NCBI GenBank assembly: GCA_038065555.1
Contig: JBBTQS010000002.1
Location: 26,399 to 90,398 of the forward strand
Source: Patescibacteria group bacterium
GTDB taxonomy: Bacteria > Patescibacteriota > Patescibacteriia > Magasanikbacterales > JBBTQS01
Direction: 5' to 3'
Length of the DNA stretch: 64,000 bases
Below, one piece after another: positions 47,858-57,450 of this stretch (positions within the stretch are counted from its first letter, which is position 1; every line of letters starts with the position of its first letter). The notes beneath the pieces are model-generated. The model saw only the letters and a list, made by a program, of their open reading frames with translations. It had not been told where the DNA came from and made no database searches. The translations under genes and the position numbers were made by a program.

Positions 47858-48873
47858 ACAAGTTTTGCCAAAGCTGCTTCGAGGACCTCTGGCAACGGGC
47901 TCGTGTACTTCACTGTTGCGCCTGTGGCATCTGTGAAGGAGAGTTCTGTTGCGTGGAGGAAAATGCGGGGGAGGGTGCGGTCCATGGTGTCCTGCTCGTA
48001 CGAAGGGAGCTGGTAGATTGGATCTGCAACAATAGGCATGCCCAGGGCGTAGAGGTGGACGCGGATTTGGTGCGTACGACCGGTCTTCGGTTCAACGTGG
48101 AGCAAGGTTTTCTTCTGGAAACGGCGGGTCACGCAGTAATAGGTGTGCGCAGGGCGTCCAGCTTGGTTGAGTGGGCGTGCAGCCATGGCAGCGCGGGTCT
48201 GTGAGCGTGCGATCGGGAAGTTGATGTCGCCATCTTCTGCAGCAGGTGCGCTGTGCACGAGGGCTGTATACACTTTGTGTACTTCGCGGTTTTTGAACTG
48301 GGCCTTGAGTGCGTCAAACATCTTTTGTGTGCGCGCCACAACCATCACACCGGAGACGTCGCGGTCGAGGCGGTGCACAATACCAGGGCGGTCTGCGACG
48401 CCCACTTTCGCAATCTCGGGATAGCGCGCAACAGCCCAATCCGAAAGCGTGATGCTCTTGGAGTGCTCGGTGCGATGCACAAGCATGCCAGAAGGCTTTT
48501 GTACGATGATGTACTCGTCTGTCTCGGCGAGGATCACAGGCTCTTCTGTCTGAGGCTTGGCTGCAGTGCGGTGTGTGCGACGTGCGCGGGTTGGGCGCTT
48601 CGCAGGCTCTGTTGGTGCCGGTGGTGTTGCGTCAGCGTCAATGGAGACTTCGTCCTGTGGGCGAAGCGCGTAATGCTTGGTCTTTGCTGTGTTGTTGACG
48701 GTTACAGCTCCTGCCTCGATGAGTTGCTGCACTTTCGAGCGCGACAACTCAGCCATGCGGGTTGCGAGGTAGAGATCGAGGCGCGTGCCAGCGTCGCCTT
48801 CTTCAACTGTGAATATCTTTTTTGACATGGTGTGTAGTGCTAGTACAATGCGTAATTGTAGTGCGTAACGCAC
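47854..48873 (-). CDS. RluA/RluD-family 23S rRNA pseudouridine synthase with N-terminal S4 domain
   Basis: HRLDRDVSGVMVVA catalytic Asp motif and S4-like N-terminus. Confidence 0.85.
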   Translation of the reverse strand: MRYALQLRIVLALHTMSKKIFTVEEGDAGTRLDLYLATRMAELSRSKVQQLIEAGAVTVNNTAKTKHYALRPQDEVSIDADATPPAPTEPAKRPTRARRTHRTAAKPQTEEPVILAETDEYIIVQKPSGMLVHRTEHSKSITLSDWAVARYPEIAKVGVADRPGIVHRLDRDVSGVMVVARTQKMFDALKAQFKNREVHKVYTALVHSAPAAEDGDINFPIARSQTRAAMAARPLNQAGRPAHTYYCVTRRFQKKTLLHVEPKTGRTHQIRVHLYALGMPIVADPIYQLPSYEQDTMDRTLPRIFLHATELSFTDATGATVKYTSPLPEVLEAALAKLV

Positions 48874-49153
48874 AGGAGGGGGCCCCTTGCGGCCTGCTCA
48901 ACTGTGTTCCTCAGACGTCGACCCTCCCGACGTCCTCTTTTTTTAGAGTGATTGTAGTATGAGGGAGCGGGGGGAAAGTTGCAACCTTGGGGGTATCAAA
49001 CGTACGAAATTCTCCTGGGAATTGATTGTTTAATTGTCCACAGATAGTGTTGTTGACAGCGCAGATCGATCCATTGTCTACTGTTGTGTGGCAGCGTTCG
49101 GAATGTTGAGTAGGTGCTCAGCAGGATGTCCGCTTCAACACGAGGAGAGTGCG

Positions 49154-49276
49154 ATGATCTGCAACGGCAAGGGCGGCGGCTCTGGTGGTCACGGCGGCGG
49201 CAACGGCGGCTCTGGCGGCCAGAGTGGCGGCAAGGGTGGCTCGACCGGCGGGACGACCGGAACGCGCGGCAAGTAA
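49154..49276 (+). CDS. Small glycine-rich peptide (40 aa from the ATG; in-frame upstream extension to TTG 49034 is possible); candidate ribosomal precursor peptide
   Basis: RBS GAGGAGA 8 nt upstream of the ATG. Sequence MICNGKGGGSGGHGGGNGGSGGQSGGKGGSTGGTTGTRGK with mixed GGC/GGT/GGG codons and 3-nt periodicity. Followed by a hairpin plus T-run, then an M16 peptidase gene. Confidence 0.35.
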   Translation: MICNGKGGGSGGHGGGNGGSGGQSGGKGGSTGGTTGTRGK

Positions 49277-49305
49277 CCAGAACCCGAGGTTCGGGTGATG
49301 GTGCT

Positions 49306-49346
49306 ACGGGGGTGTGCTGTAACGGTGCGCCCCCGTTTCATTTTTG
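49306..49346 (+). terminator. Terminator/attenuator hairpin between the small peptide ORF and the peptidase gene
   Basis: ACGGGGGTG ... CGCCCCCGT stem followed by TTCATTTTTG. The peptidase ATG is 6 nt further on, so read-through is required for its expression. Confidence 0.45.
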
Positions 49347-49351
49347 TAATT

Positions 49352-50578
49352 ATGACATCAGCAAAAATCATTTTTGATGCAAAAAGGAATTTGTTAGTGT
49401 GTGTTGATCCACGCGTTTCACTCGCATCGGTTTCGATTTGGTTTCGAGCTGGATCTCGATTTGACGCGGTAGGGAAGGAAGGTGTGGCACATCTTTTTGA
49501 GCATGTGTTGTTGCGTGGAGATGATGTGAATGGTGCAGATGCCTCATTGCGGGAACAAGAATCGCGTGGCGTTGTCGGTGGGGCGTATACGAATTACGAA
49601 ACGTCATATGTCTTCGGTATTGGCGCGCCAAATGACGCAGGCATCATGCTGCGTGAGTTATTGCGTGCTGTACAAACTGTTGCAGTCACCCCAGCAGCAC
49701 TGCGCAAAGAGAAACAGGTGGTTGTTGCAGAAATGAATGAGGCACAACAGGATGCAATGCAGATGGTCCGTGTTCTCTCTAATCAGGCAGTGTGGCCCAA
49801 CAGCGTACTTGGAAGAAATCTGTATGGCACGCCAACTTCACTTCAAAAGGTGCGAGTAGGTGATTTGTCATCGTTTTGGCGCGATCAATATCAATCACCA
49901 ATGATTGTGTGTGTTGTTCCTGATGAGGGGTTGGCTCAGCAGGTGCAGAAGCTTGTCAAAGGAGCCAAGCCCGCGCCAGCAAACCCAACAACAGAACTCA
50001 ACACCGTACTTCCTGAAATTGTACGAGAACGCGATGGGGACAGTACCGCAGTCTGTGTTGCGTATCGAATTGCGCCGCAAGGAGATTGGAAATCACATGC
50101 AGTGGCTGCTGTTGTGCGTGATTATCTAGCGAACTTTTGGTCATCGCGGTTGAATCAGGAACTACGGAGCAACAAGTCGCATGCGTATTGGGTGCGTGGT
50201 GAGACAACACATCTTTCTGATACGGGTGTATTGCGGATTTTGTTTGAAGTCGACACTTCATTAGTGGAACAATGTCGAAAGACTATTTCTCGAGAAATTG
50301 CATTACTGCGTTTGGGTACATGTGACGCAGTGTTATTGCGCACGTGCAAAAAAATGATACGTCTCACCCAGCAGCGCGCGTGGAGTGATCCAGAGGAATT
50401 GATGTGGTGGTATGGATGGCCGACGTCCCTTGGTATAGAGCCGATGACAACAGATGCTTGGTTGGAGATTCTTCAGTCGGTGACCGCTCGTGATGTTACA
50501 CGTTTTGCACAGACGTGGTTACAGGAAGAGCACTGCTCAGTGGCGCTATATGGTGCAGTTGGAAAAATGAAAAAATAA
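49352..50578 (+). CDS. M16-family (pitrilysin/insulinase-like) zinc peptidase
   Basis: Inverted zinc-binding motif HLFEHVLL (HxxEH) near the N-terminus; about 410 aa two-lobed architecture. Confidence 0.8.
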   Translation: MTSAKIIFDAKRNLLVCVDPRVSLASVSIWFRAGSRFDAVGKEGVAHLFEHVLLRGDDVNGADASLREQESRGVVGGAYTNYETSYVFGIGAPNDAGIMLRELLRAVQTVAVTPAALRKEKQVVVAEMNEAQQDAMQMVRVLSNQAVWPNSVLGRNLYGTPTSLQKVRVGDLSSFWRDQYQSPMIVCVVPDEGLAQQVQKLVKGAKPAPANPTTELNTVLPEIVRERDGDSTAVCVAYRIAPQGDWKSHAVAAVVRDYLANFWSSRLNQELRSNKSHAYWVRGETTHLSDTGVLRILFEVDTSLVEQCRKTISREIALLRLGTCDAVLLRTCKKMIRLTQQRAWSDPEELMWWYGWPTSLGIEPMTTDAWLEILQSVTARDVTRFAQTWLQEEHCSVALYGAVGKMKK

Positions 50579-50602
50579 AGAAGTCTTCTTGCTAGTAAAA
50601 GA

Positions 50603-50640
50603 ACAACACCCCCGGCGTGGTCGCGCAGGGGGTGTTGGTT
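50603..50640. terminator. Bidirectional terminator between the M16 peptidase and the convergent thioredoxin-like gene
   Basis: AACAACACCCCC/GGGGGTGTTGGTT stem. Confidence 0.5.
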
Positions 50641-50641
50641 G

Positions 50642-51229
50642 TCAGCGTTGCTGGATTCTGCCGAGCACTTGCGTCGTGCATTCTTCGATGCCAGACGCGA
50701 CGTGCGTTGGTGTCTTCCCAGAAGCGCCGGGGTATCTGATGCTCTTTGGCACGAGAACACAGGAGGGTAATTCCATTTCCGTATTTCGCGTGAGCATGGT
50801 GTAGGCGCGCTGGAATTCTTCGGTGAACGTCCAGTGTTCTTCTGTTTCGTCGTGCCATAGGACGACGTGTACAGGTAGACCTGTGTTGCCGCGTTCCTTC
50901 CAGAATTCCTTGACGAAGATGCATGGGCCGCACCAGCGCGAGCTCAGGATGACCAGGACATTGTCGCTGTTGTTCCGGAGTTGCTCGCGAAGCTCGACGA
51001 GTGAGCTGACGCGGGTCATTGCTGGTGGTTCGTCGATATCAGCGATGTTGTTTTTGTTGGCATCCTCGCACCCTCGGGTCTGCCGTGGGCCGCGAGTTTC
51101 CATGCATCGGTCGTCAGCATTGAGGACGCCATCGCCATCAATGTCGTTGGCTGGATACATGCTGATTACCGTCGCACACGCGCCGAGGCACAACATCATG
51201 AAAAAAAGTGGAATGATCGATTGTCGCAA
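50642..51229 (-). CDS. Thioredoxin-like lipoprotein with N-terminal calcium-binding-like Asp repeats
   Basis: Signal peptide plus lipobox (MMLCLGAC), DIDGDGVLNADD repeat, thioredoxin active site WCGPC. Confidence 0.7.
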   Translation of the reverse strand: MRQSIIPLFFMMLCLGACATVISMYPANDIDGDGVLNADDRCMETRGPRQTRGCEDANKNNIADIDEPPAMTRVSSLVELREQLRNNSDNVLVILSSRWCGPCIFVKEFWKERGNTGLPVHVVLWHDETEEHWTFTEEFQRAYTMLTRNTEMELPSCVLVPKSIRYPGASGKTPTHVASGIEECTTQVLGRIQQR

Positions 51230-51330
51230 GAGGCTCTCCTTGGATTGTATTCGACTACCACAGCGAACCCGTCGGGTACGTGCGAGGTAGACGGGGGATA
51301 CTACGATGTTTGATCGTATTTGTCAATATG

Positions 51331-51404
51331 TGGGCGCGCATGGACTCGAACCATGGACCAGTCGTGTATAAGACGACCGCTCTAACCACCTGAGCTACGC
51401 GCCC
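51331..51404 (-). tRNA. tRNA-Ile (anticodon UAU)
   Basis: GGGCGCG acceptor, GTAGCTCAGGTGGTTAGAGCG D-arm (classic tRNA-Ile), anticodon stem GTCGT/ACGAC with loop CTTATAC, T-arm CATGG-TTCGAGT-CCATG. Confidence 0.8.
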
Positions 51405-51417
51405 GTGTGTGGGGAAT

Positions 51418-52614
51418 TTACCACTTCCCATCAGCAACAACAAGGTTGCGTATGAGCTCAGTATGGATACGGTCGTGCACTTCGGAGAGTGGCGCAGCGA
51501 TGCGGCAAGATGCTGCGGTGGCGTTGCCGACAGCGCCAAAGATGGCGAGGATTTCTCGTGCATGGATACGACGGTTGGTGGTCGCGAGCACGTGAGTTTC
51601 GTCGCCGTGGTCCGGATGTGTATACACCACCACACACGCATTGATCTCCGGAGAGCTTGCGAGAATTTCGTCCGTGATTTCGCCGAGCCATTCTGGTGTA
51701 CACCCTGTTGCTGCAAAAATATCTTTGGTGAGCACAACAGTCGCAAACGCACGCGCTGCATCATGCTGCATACGCGTAAGCACTTCGCCCCAGAGACGCA
51801 ACATCGCAATGCTGCGCTGGCGGAAAAGATGATCAACAATGACTTCGCGAGACGCGCCATCGTGGATGAGATTGGCAACGAGTTTGAACGTGCGCTCGTT
51901 CATGGTGTGCGAGCGGAATGAATGCGTGCGGCCGAGAATCCCGGCGAGCATGAGTGTCGCATTCTCCGGTGTGTACCATGCTGGCGCGAGTTCGCGAGCC
52001 GTGATGCCGATGATTTCGGAAAGTGATGCTGCGGTCGGATCAATAAGGTTGATTGCGCCAGAGCGGTCATTGGCAAACGCGGTATCGATCACAACAGTTG
52101 GTGTGTGGTCGAGCAAATATTGGTGTGTGGTCGCAACGCGTCCGAGTGACTTGCGATCGTGCGCGCCGAGAATCCAAATCGTGTCGTACTGGAGCTGCGT
52201 CGCGTCAGTTGCGATCGTCGAAGGATCGATTGGTGCTGTCGAAGGTGCAACGGTGAATTGCAATGTATGTGTCGTGCGCTCGGGGATCGTAGTGAGAATC
52301 GAAGTCGACTCAGGAATGAACGCAAGCGCTGATTGTGCGACGTACGCATCAGCAACAATATCACATGCTCGAGGACGATGGAGCGCGATGAGTCGCGACA
52401 GTGCCGCCGCAGACGCAACAAGATCAGCGCGACTGCGCAAGCGAATGTGCTCCGAGAATTCCGGCAACAAAATCAAATGCCGCGTTGCAGGTGCGAGGAG
52501 ACGTGTAAGTTGTTCAATCAGGCTCAGTGCCATGGTGGTCTTGGTGGCTCCTTTGTGCGATTCCGTCTCCCCACGGAAGAGGGGTAGCTTACCTGGCCTT
52601 CGCGGATGTGTCAA
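51418..52614 (-). CDS. Hypothetical protein (about 370-398 aa), no confident domain assignment
   Basis: Long ORF divergent from the PP2C gene. A DHH-like phosphoesterase relationship was considered but the key motifs were not found. Confidence 0.4.
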   Translation of the reverse strand: MTHPRRPGKLPLFRGETESHKGATKTTMALSLIEQLTRLLAPATRHLILLPEFSEHIRLRSRADLVASAAALSRLIALHRPRACDIVADAYVAQSALAFIPESTSILTTIPERTTHTLQFTVAPSTAPIDPSTIATDATQLQYDTIWILGAHDRKSLGRVATTHQYLLDHTPTVVIDTAFANDRSGAINLIDPTAASLSEIIGITARELAPAWYTPENATLMLAGILGRTHSFRSHTMNERTFKLVANLIHDGASREVIVDHLFRQRSIAMLRLWGEVLTRMQHDAARAFATVVLTKDIFAATGCTPEWLGEITDEILASSPEINACVVVYTHPDHGDETHVLATTNRRIHAREILAIFGAVGNATAASCRIAAPLSEVHDRIHTELIRNLVVADGKW

Positions 52615-52646
52615 CGGGGCAATCCTCTGTAAAGTAAAAAGGGGCG

Positions 52647-54221
52647 ATGGTATACTTGCACCACATTTTTCTTTCTATGCCTCGGCATCCTGAATCAGAC
52701 CCCCATGCACGTCGTGAGCGTGCGCATAATGTGATGCCATTGTATATCGGTCGCGCGACACAGGCGTGTGAAACGCATCCAAACCGCAACGAGGATAGTT
52801 CAGTCGTGTGGGGTACAGAACGAGGGGCGAATATCATCGGTGTTTTTGATGGCATGGGAGGGCATCCAAATGGCGATATTGCATCGCGTGTTGCTGGGGA
52901 AGTAGTCCTTGAATCGATAGCTGCACAGGAGGCGCAGATGACACATGATGACCAGTATTTTGAGATGGTCGCCAACGCTTTGCGTCGTGCACATGAATCA
53001 GTTCAAAGAGAACAGCAGCGTCTTGAAGCTACCGGTCAAGTAGCACGCGGGTCTTTGCACATGGGTACAACCGCATGTGTCGTTACATTTGCGCCAGAGC
53101 GTGATGGCAATCGTCGAGCATATCTCGGGCATATTGGCGATTCGCGCGTGTATCGGTATCGACGCGGACAGCTGGAGCATCTCACACTTGATCACAGTGG
53201 ATTGCGCAAACAAAAGAAGGGGAAAGCTCCTGTTGATTATCGGCGGTTACATGATCCGAATCTTCGTCCTGGAACGGTTGACCAAGAGTTACTCAGGGGG
53301 CAGCAAGAATTGGGAAAAACAGTTATTCCTGAAGAACGAGAGGGTGAATTTAGATTTCGTAATGTCGTTGCTCAATCACTGGGCATCGGTGAAATCAATC
53401 CTGATGTTTTTGAAGTCGATTGTGAGCCGGATGATGTATTTCTTGTACTCACGGATGGAATCACAGATCCACTTACTAAAAATAAAATAGCGAAGATTGT
53501 TGAACTCTACCGTGGCCGACCAATGGAAATGATGCATGCGTTGGTTGCTGCGGCAGATGCGGTGAAAGGTGCGCGCGCAAAGCCTGATGATCGGACTGGA
53601 ATTGTCGTGGAGACATACAATGCAGAGAAAGCAAAAGAGGAGTTGTCACGCCGGGCTCCCGCTCCAAGAGATACACGAAATGATGCCACAGATCTTGCTG
53701 CTATCGATCAGACAGCAACGCAGGCACGTTCTGCTCGAAGACGTGTTGCTTCCGAGGAGCAAGAGCATGGAGCAAGTAGAATAAAGAAACGATCACTTAC
53801 TGTTGGTGAGAGAGTTCGTATTCCCGGTCGCCGTGGAGAATTCGAGATTGTTAAATTTAATTCAAGTACTGGTGACGCGCAACTTATTGCTGTGACCGTG
53901 GGTAATCGGTGGGATCGTTGGCTTTTAGATGCGCCGCCGGTTGGTGTTGTTGTGGAACATCCGCGGATGGAACTGATAGAAGCAAACCCACAACCTGATC
54001 TTCGTGCGATTAAGCGCATAACTTCTATACGGCCACTGGCGCAGTTTTTGGAGCAGTTTCCTTCGATTCCCGTGTATGGGACAGAGACACCTGGTGCTGA
54101 TTTGGCAAAGTTGGTCTTACGGGTGCTGGAATATCCAGGATATGTCGTGAATCTTCCAGACACATATGGTCTTCGCGCTCACGTGGAAAAATTGTTGAAA
54201 AAGGAGAAAGAAGCCAAGTAG
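52647..54221 (+). CDS. PP2C-family (PPM) Ser/Thr protein phosphatase with a C-terminal extension domain
   Basis: GVFDGMGGHPNGDIAS motif, later DG..D metal-binding residues. Alternative start at ATG 52734. Confidence 0.8.
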   Translation: MVYLHHIFLSMPRHPESDPHARRERAHNVMPLYIGRATQACETHPNRNEDSSVVWGTERGANIIGVFDGMGGHPNGDIASRVAGEVVLESIAAQEAQMTHDDQYFEMVANALRRAHESVQREQQRLEATGQVARGSLHMGTTACVVTFAPERDGNRRAYLGHIGDSRVYRYRRGQLEHLTLDHSGLRKQKKGKAPVDYRRLHDPNLRPGTVDQELLRGQQELGKTVIPEEREGEFRFRNVVAQSLGIGEINPDVFEVDCEPDDVFLVLTDGITDPLTKNKIAKIVELYRGRPMEMMHALVAAADAVKGARAKPDDRTGIVVETYNAEKAKEELSRRAPAPRDTRNDATDLAAIDQTATQARSARRRVASEEQEHGASRIKKRSLTVGERVRIPGRRGEFEIVKFNSSTGDAQLIAVTVGNRWDRWLLDAPPVGVVVEHPRMELIEANPQPDLRAIKRITSIRPLAQFLEQFPSIPVYGTETPGADLAKLVLRVLEYPGYVVNLPDTYGLRAHVEKLLKKEKEAK

Positions 54222-54285
54222 CATTTACCGAGCGTTTAGGCGGCGTTGTTGTCAATGCATAAAGGGTTCTATACAATGCCCCTAT

Positions 54286-56955
54286 ATGCAAAACGCCATC
54301 CCAAAAGCCTACGAACCGAAAGACTACGAGGACCAGATGTATGGACGCTGGGAGGCGTCGGGGTTTTTCAATCCAGATGTGTGCGTGGAGCGGGGAGTGA
54401 CAGCGGAGGACGCGGAGCCGTTCACGATTGTGTTGCCGCCGCCGAATGTCACAGGAACGTTGCACATGGGCCACGCGGCGATGCTCGCGATCGAAGACGT
54501 GATGATTCGTTACGCGCGCATGCGCGGCAAGCGCACGCTCTGGCTCCCGGGCACAGACCATGCGGCAGTTGCGACCGAGGTGAAGGTCGAAGGGCTCCTC
54601 ATCAAGGAGGAAGGATTCAAGAAGCCGAAGGAAGAACTTGGCCGCGATGCATTCCTCGCGCGCGTGCACAAATTCGCGAAGGACTCGCACGACACGATTG
54701 TGAATCAATCGAAGAAAATGGGCTCGTCGCTCGACTGGTCGCGCGAAGCGTACACACTCGACGACCAGCGCAACCTCGCCGTGCGCACAGTCTTCAAGCA
54801 GATGTACGACGACGGGCTCATCTATCGCGGCTATCGCGTGGTGAACTGGTCAGTGAAAGGACAATCCACGTGCAGCGACGACGAGCTCGTCTACGTCGAG
54901 CGCCCAGGTAAGCTCTACTTCTTCAAATACTCTCACGATTTCCCAATCCCGATCGCGACCACGCGTCCGGAGACCAAGCTTGGTGACACTGCGGTTGCAG
55001 TGCATCCGGAAGGGAAGTGGAAGCAATACATTGGACAGACATTCACTGTTGCAGACTTCGGTCAGCCTGGCCACACGCTCACGATTCATGTGATCGGTGA
55101 CGACGGCATCGACGAAACATTTGGTACTGGCGCACTCGGCGTGACCACTGCACACAGCCCAATCGACTTCGAAATGTACATGCGCGAAAAAGCGCGTGGT
55201 AATGACATTGGTATTGTCCAAGTGATTGGCGAAGACGGTCGCATGACTGCAAATGCTGGTGCTGCGTATGTTGGACTCACCGTCGCAGAAGCTCGCGAAA
55301 AAGTTGTTGCGTGGTTGCGTGAGCAGAATCTCCTCACCGAAGAGAAGGACGTCATGCAGAACGTCGGTACGTCCGACCGTTTCACTGACGTTGTCGAACC
55401 ACTCCCGAAGACACAATGGTTCGTGGACGTGAACAAAAAGATCCCTGGCAAAGGCCGCTTCGCTGGCCGCGAAGTCTCGCTCAAAGAAATGATGAGCGAA
55501 GTAGTCCGTGACGGCTCCATCGAAATCCTCCCCGATAAGTTCAATCGGACCTACTTCAGCTGGATCGATAATCTGCGCGACTGGTGCATCAGCCGCCAGG
55601 TTTGGTTTGGACATCAGATTCCCGTGTGGTATCGCGGCACCGAAGTCTATTGCGGTGTGAACGCACCAGAAGGCGAGGGGTGGACACAGGATCCGGATTC
55701 TCTTGATACTTGGTTCAGCGCTGGATTGTGGACGTTCTCAGCGCTCGGCTGGCCTGAGAAAACAAAAGATTTCGAGACGTTTCACCCAACCACAGTCCTC
55801 GAAACCGGCTATGACATTATTTTCTTCTGGGTCGCGCGCATGATTCTCATGACGACGTACACGCTCGGCGAAGTGCCGTTCAAGACCGTGTACTTGCATG
55901 GCCTCGTGCGCGATGAGCAGGGTCGCAAGATGAGCAAGTCGCTCGACAACATCATCAACCCGCTCGACATGATCGAGAAGTATGGTACCGACGCCACGCG
56001 TCTCTCGTTGTTGCTCGGGAGTACGCCAGGAAATGATGTGAAACTTTCCGAAGAAAAAATCGCTAGTTTCCGCAACTTCACCAACAAGCTCTGGAACATT
56101 GGCCGCTATATCCTCTCGACTGAAGGTGTTGCAGAAGCGACAGCGTCGTGGGAATGCAAGACGCTTGCAGACCGCTGGATTGTTGCGCGTATGCACGCGG
56201 TGACTGAAGAAGTTACCAAGGCACTCGACACCCACGCATTCTCCTACGCTGGTGAACGTTTGCGTGACTTCACGTGGAGTGAACTTGCAGATTGGTATCT
56301 CGAGGCAAGCAAGGTTGCGCCCAATCCCGCGCTCTTGCGTCAGTTGCTCAGCACGTTGGTCCGCTTGTGGCACCCCTTCATGCCCTTCGTCACCGAAGTC
56401 ATCGCCGACATGATGCGCGACACTACATCATCGGAATTCGTGATGGTCAGTCGCTGGCCAGATGCGAGTGAGATTCCGTCGGACGACACCGCAATGCGGG
56501 AGTTCGCGCTCGTGCAAGAGTGTGTCACCGCTGTACGTGCAATGCGCCAGACTTATCAGATGAGTCCGAGCGCGGCGGTTGTCGCGCACGTCATGGCCGA
56601 AGAATCGACCTGGTCCCACATTACCGCGCAAACAGAACTCATCTGCAAACTCGCCCGCGTCAGCTCGATCGAACGCGTCACTGCTGTTGCTGACAACACA
56701 GCGACCACTGCATTTGGTTGGGGAAGTGTTTCCATTCCACTTGAAGGCCAAATCGACGTCGCTGCACAGCGCACTCGCATCGAGAAAGATCTCGCTGATG
56801 TTACGCGCTACATCGATACCCTCCACAAGAAATTAGACAACGCAGACTTTGTTGCTCGTGCGGCAGCAGACGTTGTAGACAAAGAGCGAGAGAAGCTCGC
56901 CGAAGCCACGACGCGGCGCGATGCGCTCACAGCGCAACTCGTACAGCTTGGATAA
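54286..56955 (+). CDS. valS: Valyl-tRNA synthetase
   Basis: PPPNVTGTLHMGHA (HIGH), KMSKSLDNII (KMSKS), C-terminal coiled-coil, 889 aa. Confidence 0.95.
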   Translation: MQNAIPKAYEPKDYEDQMYGRWEASGFFNPDVCVERGVTAEDAEPFTIVLPPPNVTGTLHMGHAAMLAIEDVMIRYARMRGKRTLWLPGTDHAAVATEVKVEGLLIKEEGFKKPKEELGRDAFLARVHKFAKDSHDTIVNQSKKMGSSLDWSREAYTLDDQRNLAVRTVFKQMYDDGLIYRGYRVVNWSVKGQSTCSDDELVYVERPGKLYFFKYSHDFPIPIATTRPETKLGDTAVAVHPEGKWKQYIGQTFTVADFGQPGHTLTIHVIGDDGIDETFGTGALGVTTAHSPIDFEMYMREKARGNDIGIVQVIGEDGRMTANAGAAYVGLTVAEAREKVVAWLREQNLLTEEKDVMQNVGTSDRFTDVVEPLPKTQWFVDVNKKIPGKGRFAGREVSLKEMMSEVVRDGSIEILPDKFNRTYFSWIDNLRDWCISRQVWFGHQIPVWYRGTEVYCGVNAPEGEGWTQDPDSLDTWFSAGLWTFSALGWPEKTKDFETFHPTTVLETGYDIIFFWVARMILMTTYTLGEVPFKTVYLHGLVRDEQGRKMSKSLDNIINPLDMIEKYGTDATRLSLLLGSTPGNDVKLSEEKIASFRNFTNKLWNIGRYILSTEGVAEATASWECKTLADRWIVARMHAVTEEVTKALDTHAFSYAGERLRDFTWSELADWYLEASKVAPNPALLRQLLSTLVRLWHPFMPFVTEVIADMMRDTTSSEFVMVSRWPDASEIPSDDTAMREFALVQECVTAVRAMRQTYQMSPSAAVVAHVMAEESTWSHITAQTELICKLARVSSIERVTAVADNTATTAFGWGSVSIPLEGQIDVAAQRTRIEKDLADVTRYIDTLHKKLDNADFVARAAADVVDKEREKLAEATTRRDALTAQLVQLG

Positions 56956-57025
56956 TTGCATTGACGCGCAGCGCTAGCCTTGGTAGGCTGGCGCTGGTTT
57001 TTCATGCTCTTCCTGTGGAGGGGAA

Positions 57026-57424
57026 ATGCGCAATCAGCAGAGGCCAACGACTGTCGAGAGATTCGAGAGTCAGTTGGCGCAACCGATGGGTATTCTCAAA
57101 TACGAGATGTGGTATGGCGAACATGCCATGCGGCATCTCGTGGAGGAGATGGCCGCGCTGGAAGTGTACTCTGTCGATCTTGCAGTACTGCTTGATCTTA
57201 GAGAGCTTCTGCTTCGGAAATTCAGTAACACAGGAATCATCTGGGCACTGGGACCTATGCGAACCTCGGGGTTCATGCCTGTGCTCAGTACAGTTGTTGC
57301 TGGTCTTTCGACCGACGAGGGTCTGGAAGGAATCGTGCATGCAACTGTTTCGCCGTACGGATTCGATTGCCCGCAGGTCGCGCGGTACTCGTTTCTCGTA
57401 CGTTGTTCCAACCGCGTTGCATAA
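57026..57424 (+). CDS. Hypothetical protein (second island, gene 1)
   Basis: RBS GGAGGGG before the ATG. Preceded by a TTGACG-17-TAGGCT promoter at 56961-56989. GC3-rich codon usage. Confidence 0.45.
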   Translation: MRNQQRPTTVERFESQLAQPMGILKYEMWYGEHAMRHLVEEMAALEVYSVDLAVLLDLRELLLRKFSNTGIIWALGPMRTSGFMPVLSTVVAGLSTDEGLEGIVHATVSPYGFDCPQVARYSFLVRCSNRVA

Positions 57425-57450
57425 CGCGAGTCACAAAAGGAAAGACAAAA

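Noticed and set aside
49034-49153. Upstream in-frame extension of the glycine-rich peptide starting at TTG 49034
   Set aside because: Not excluded, but the ATG at 49154 has the only convincing RBS. The extension overlaps the likely promoter (TTGACA at about 49064), so I report the short form as primary.
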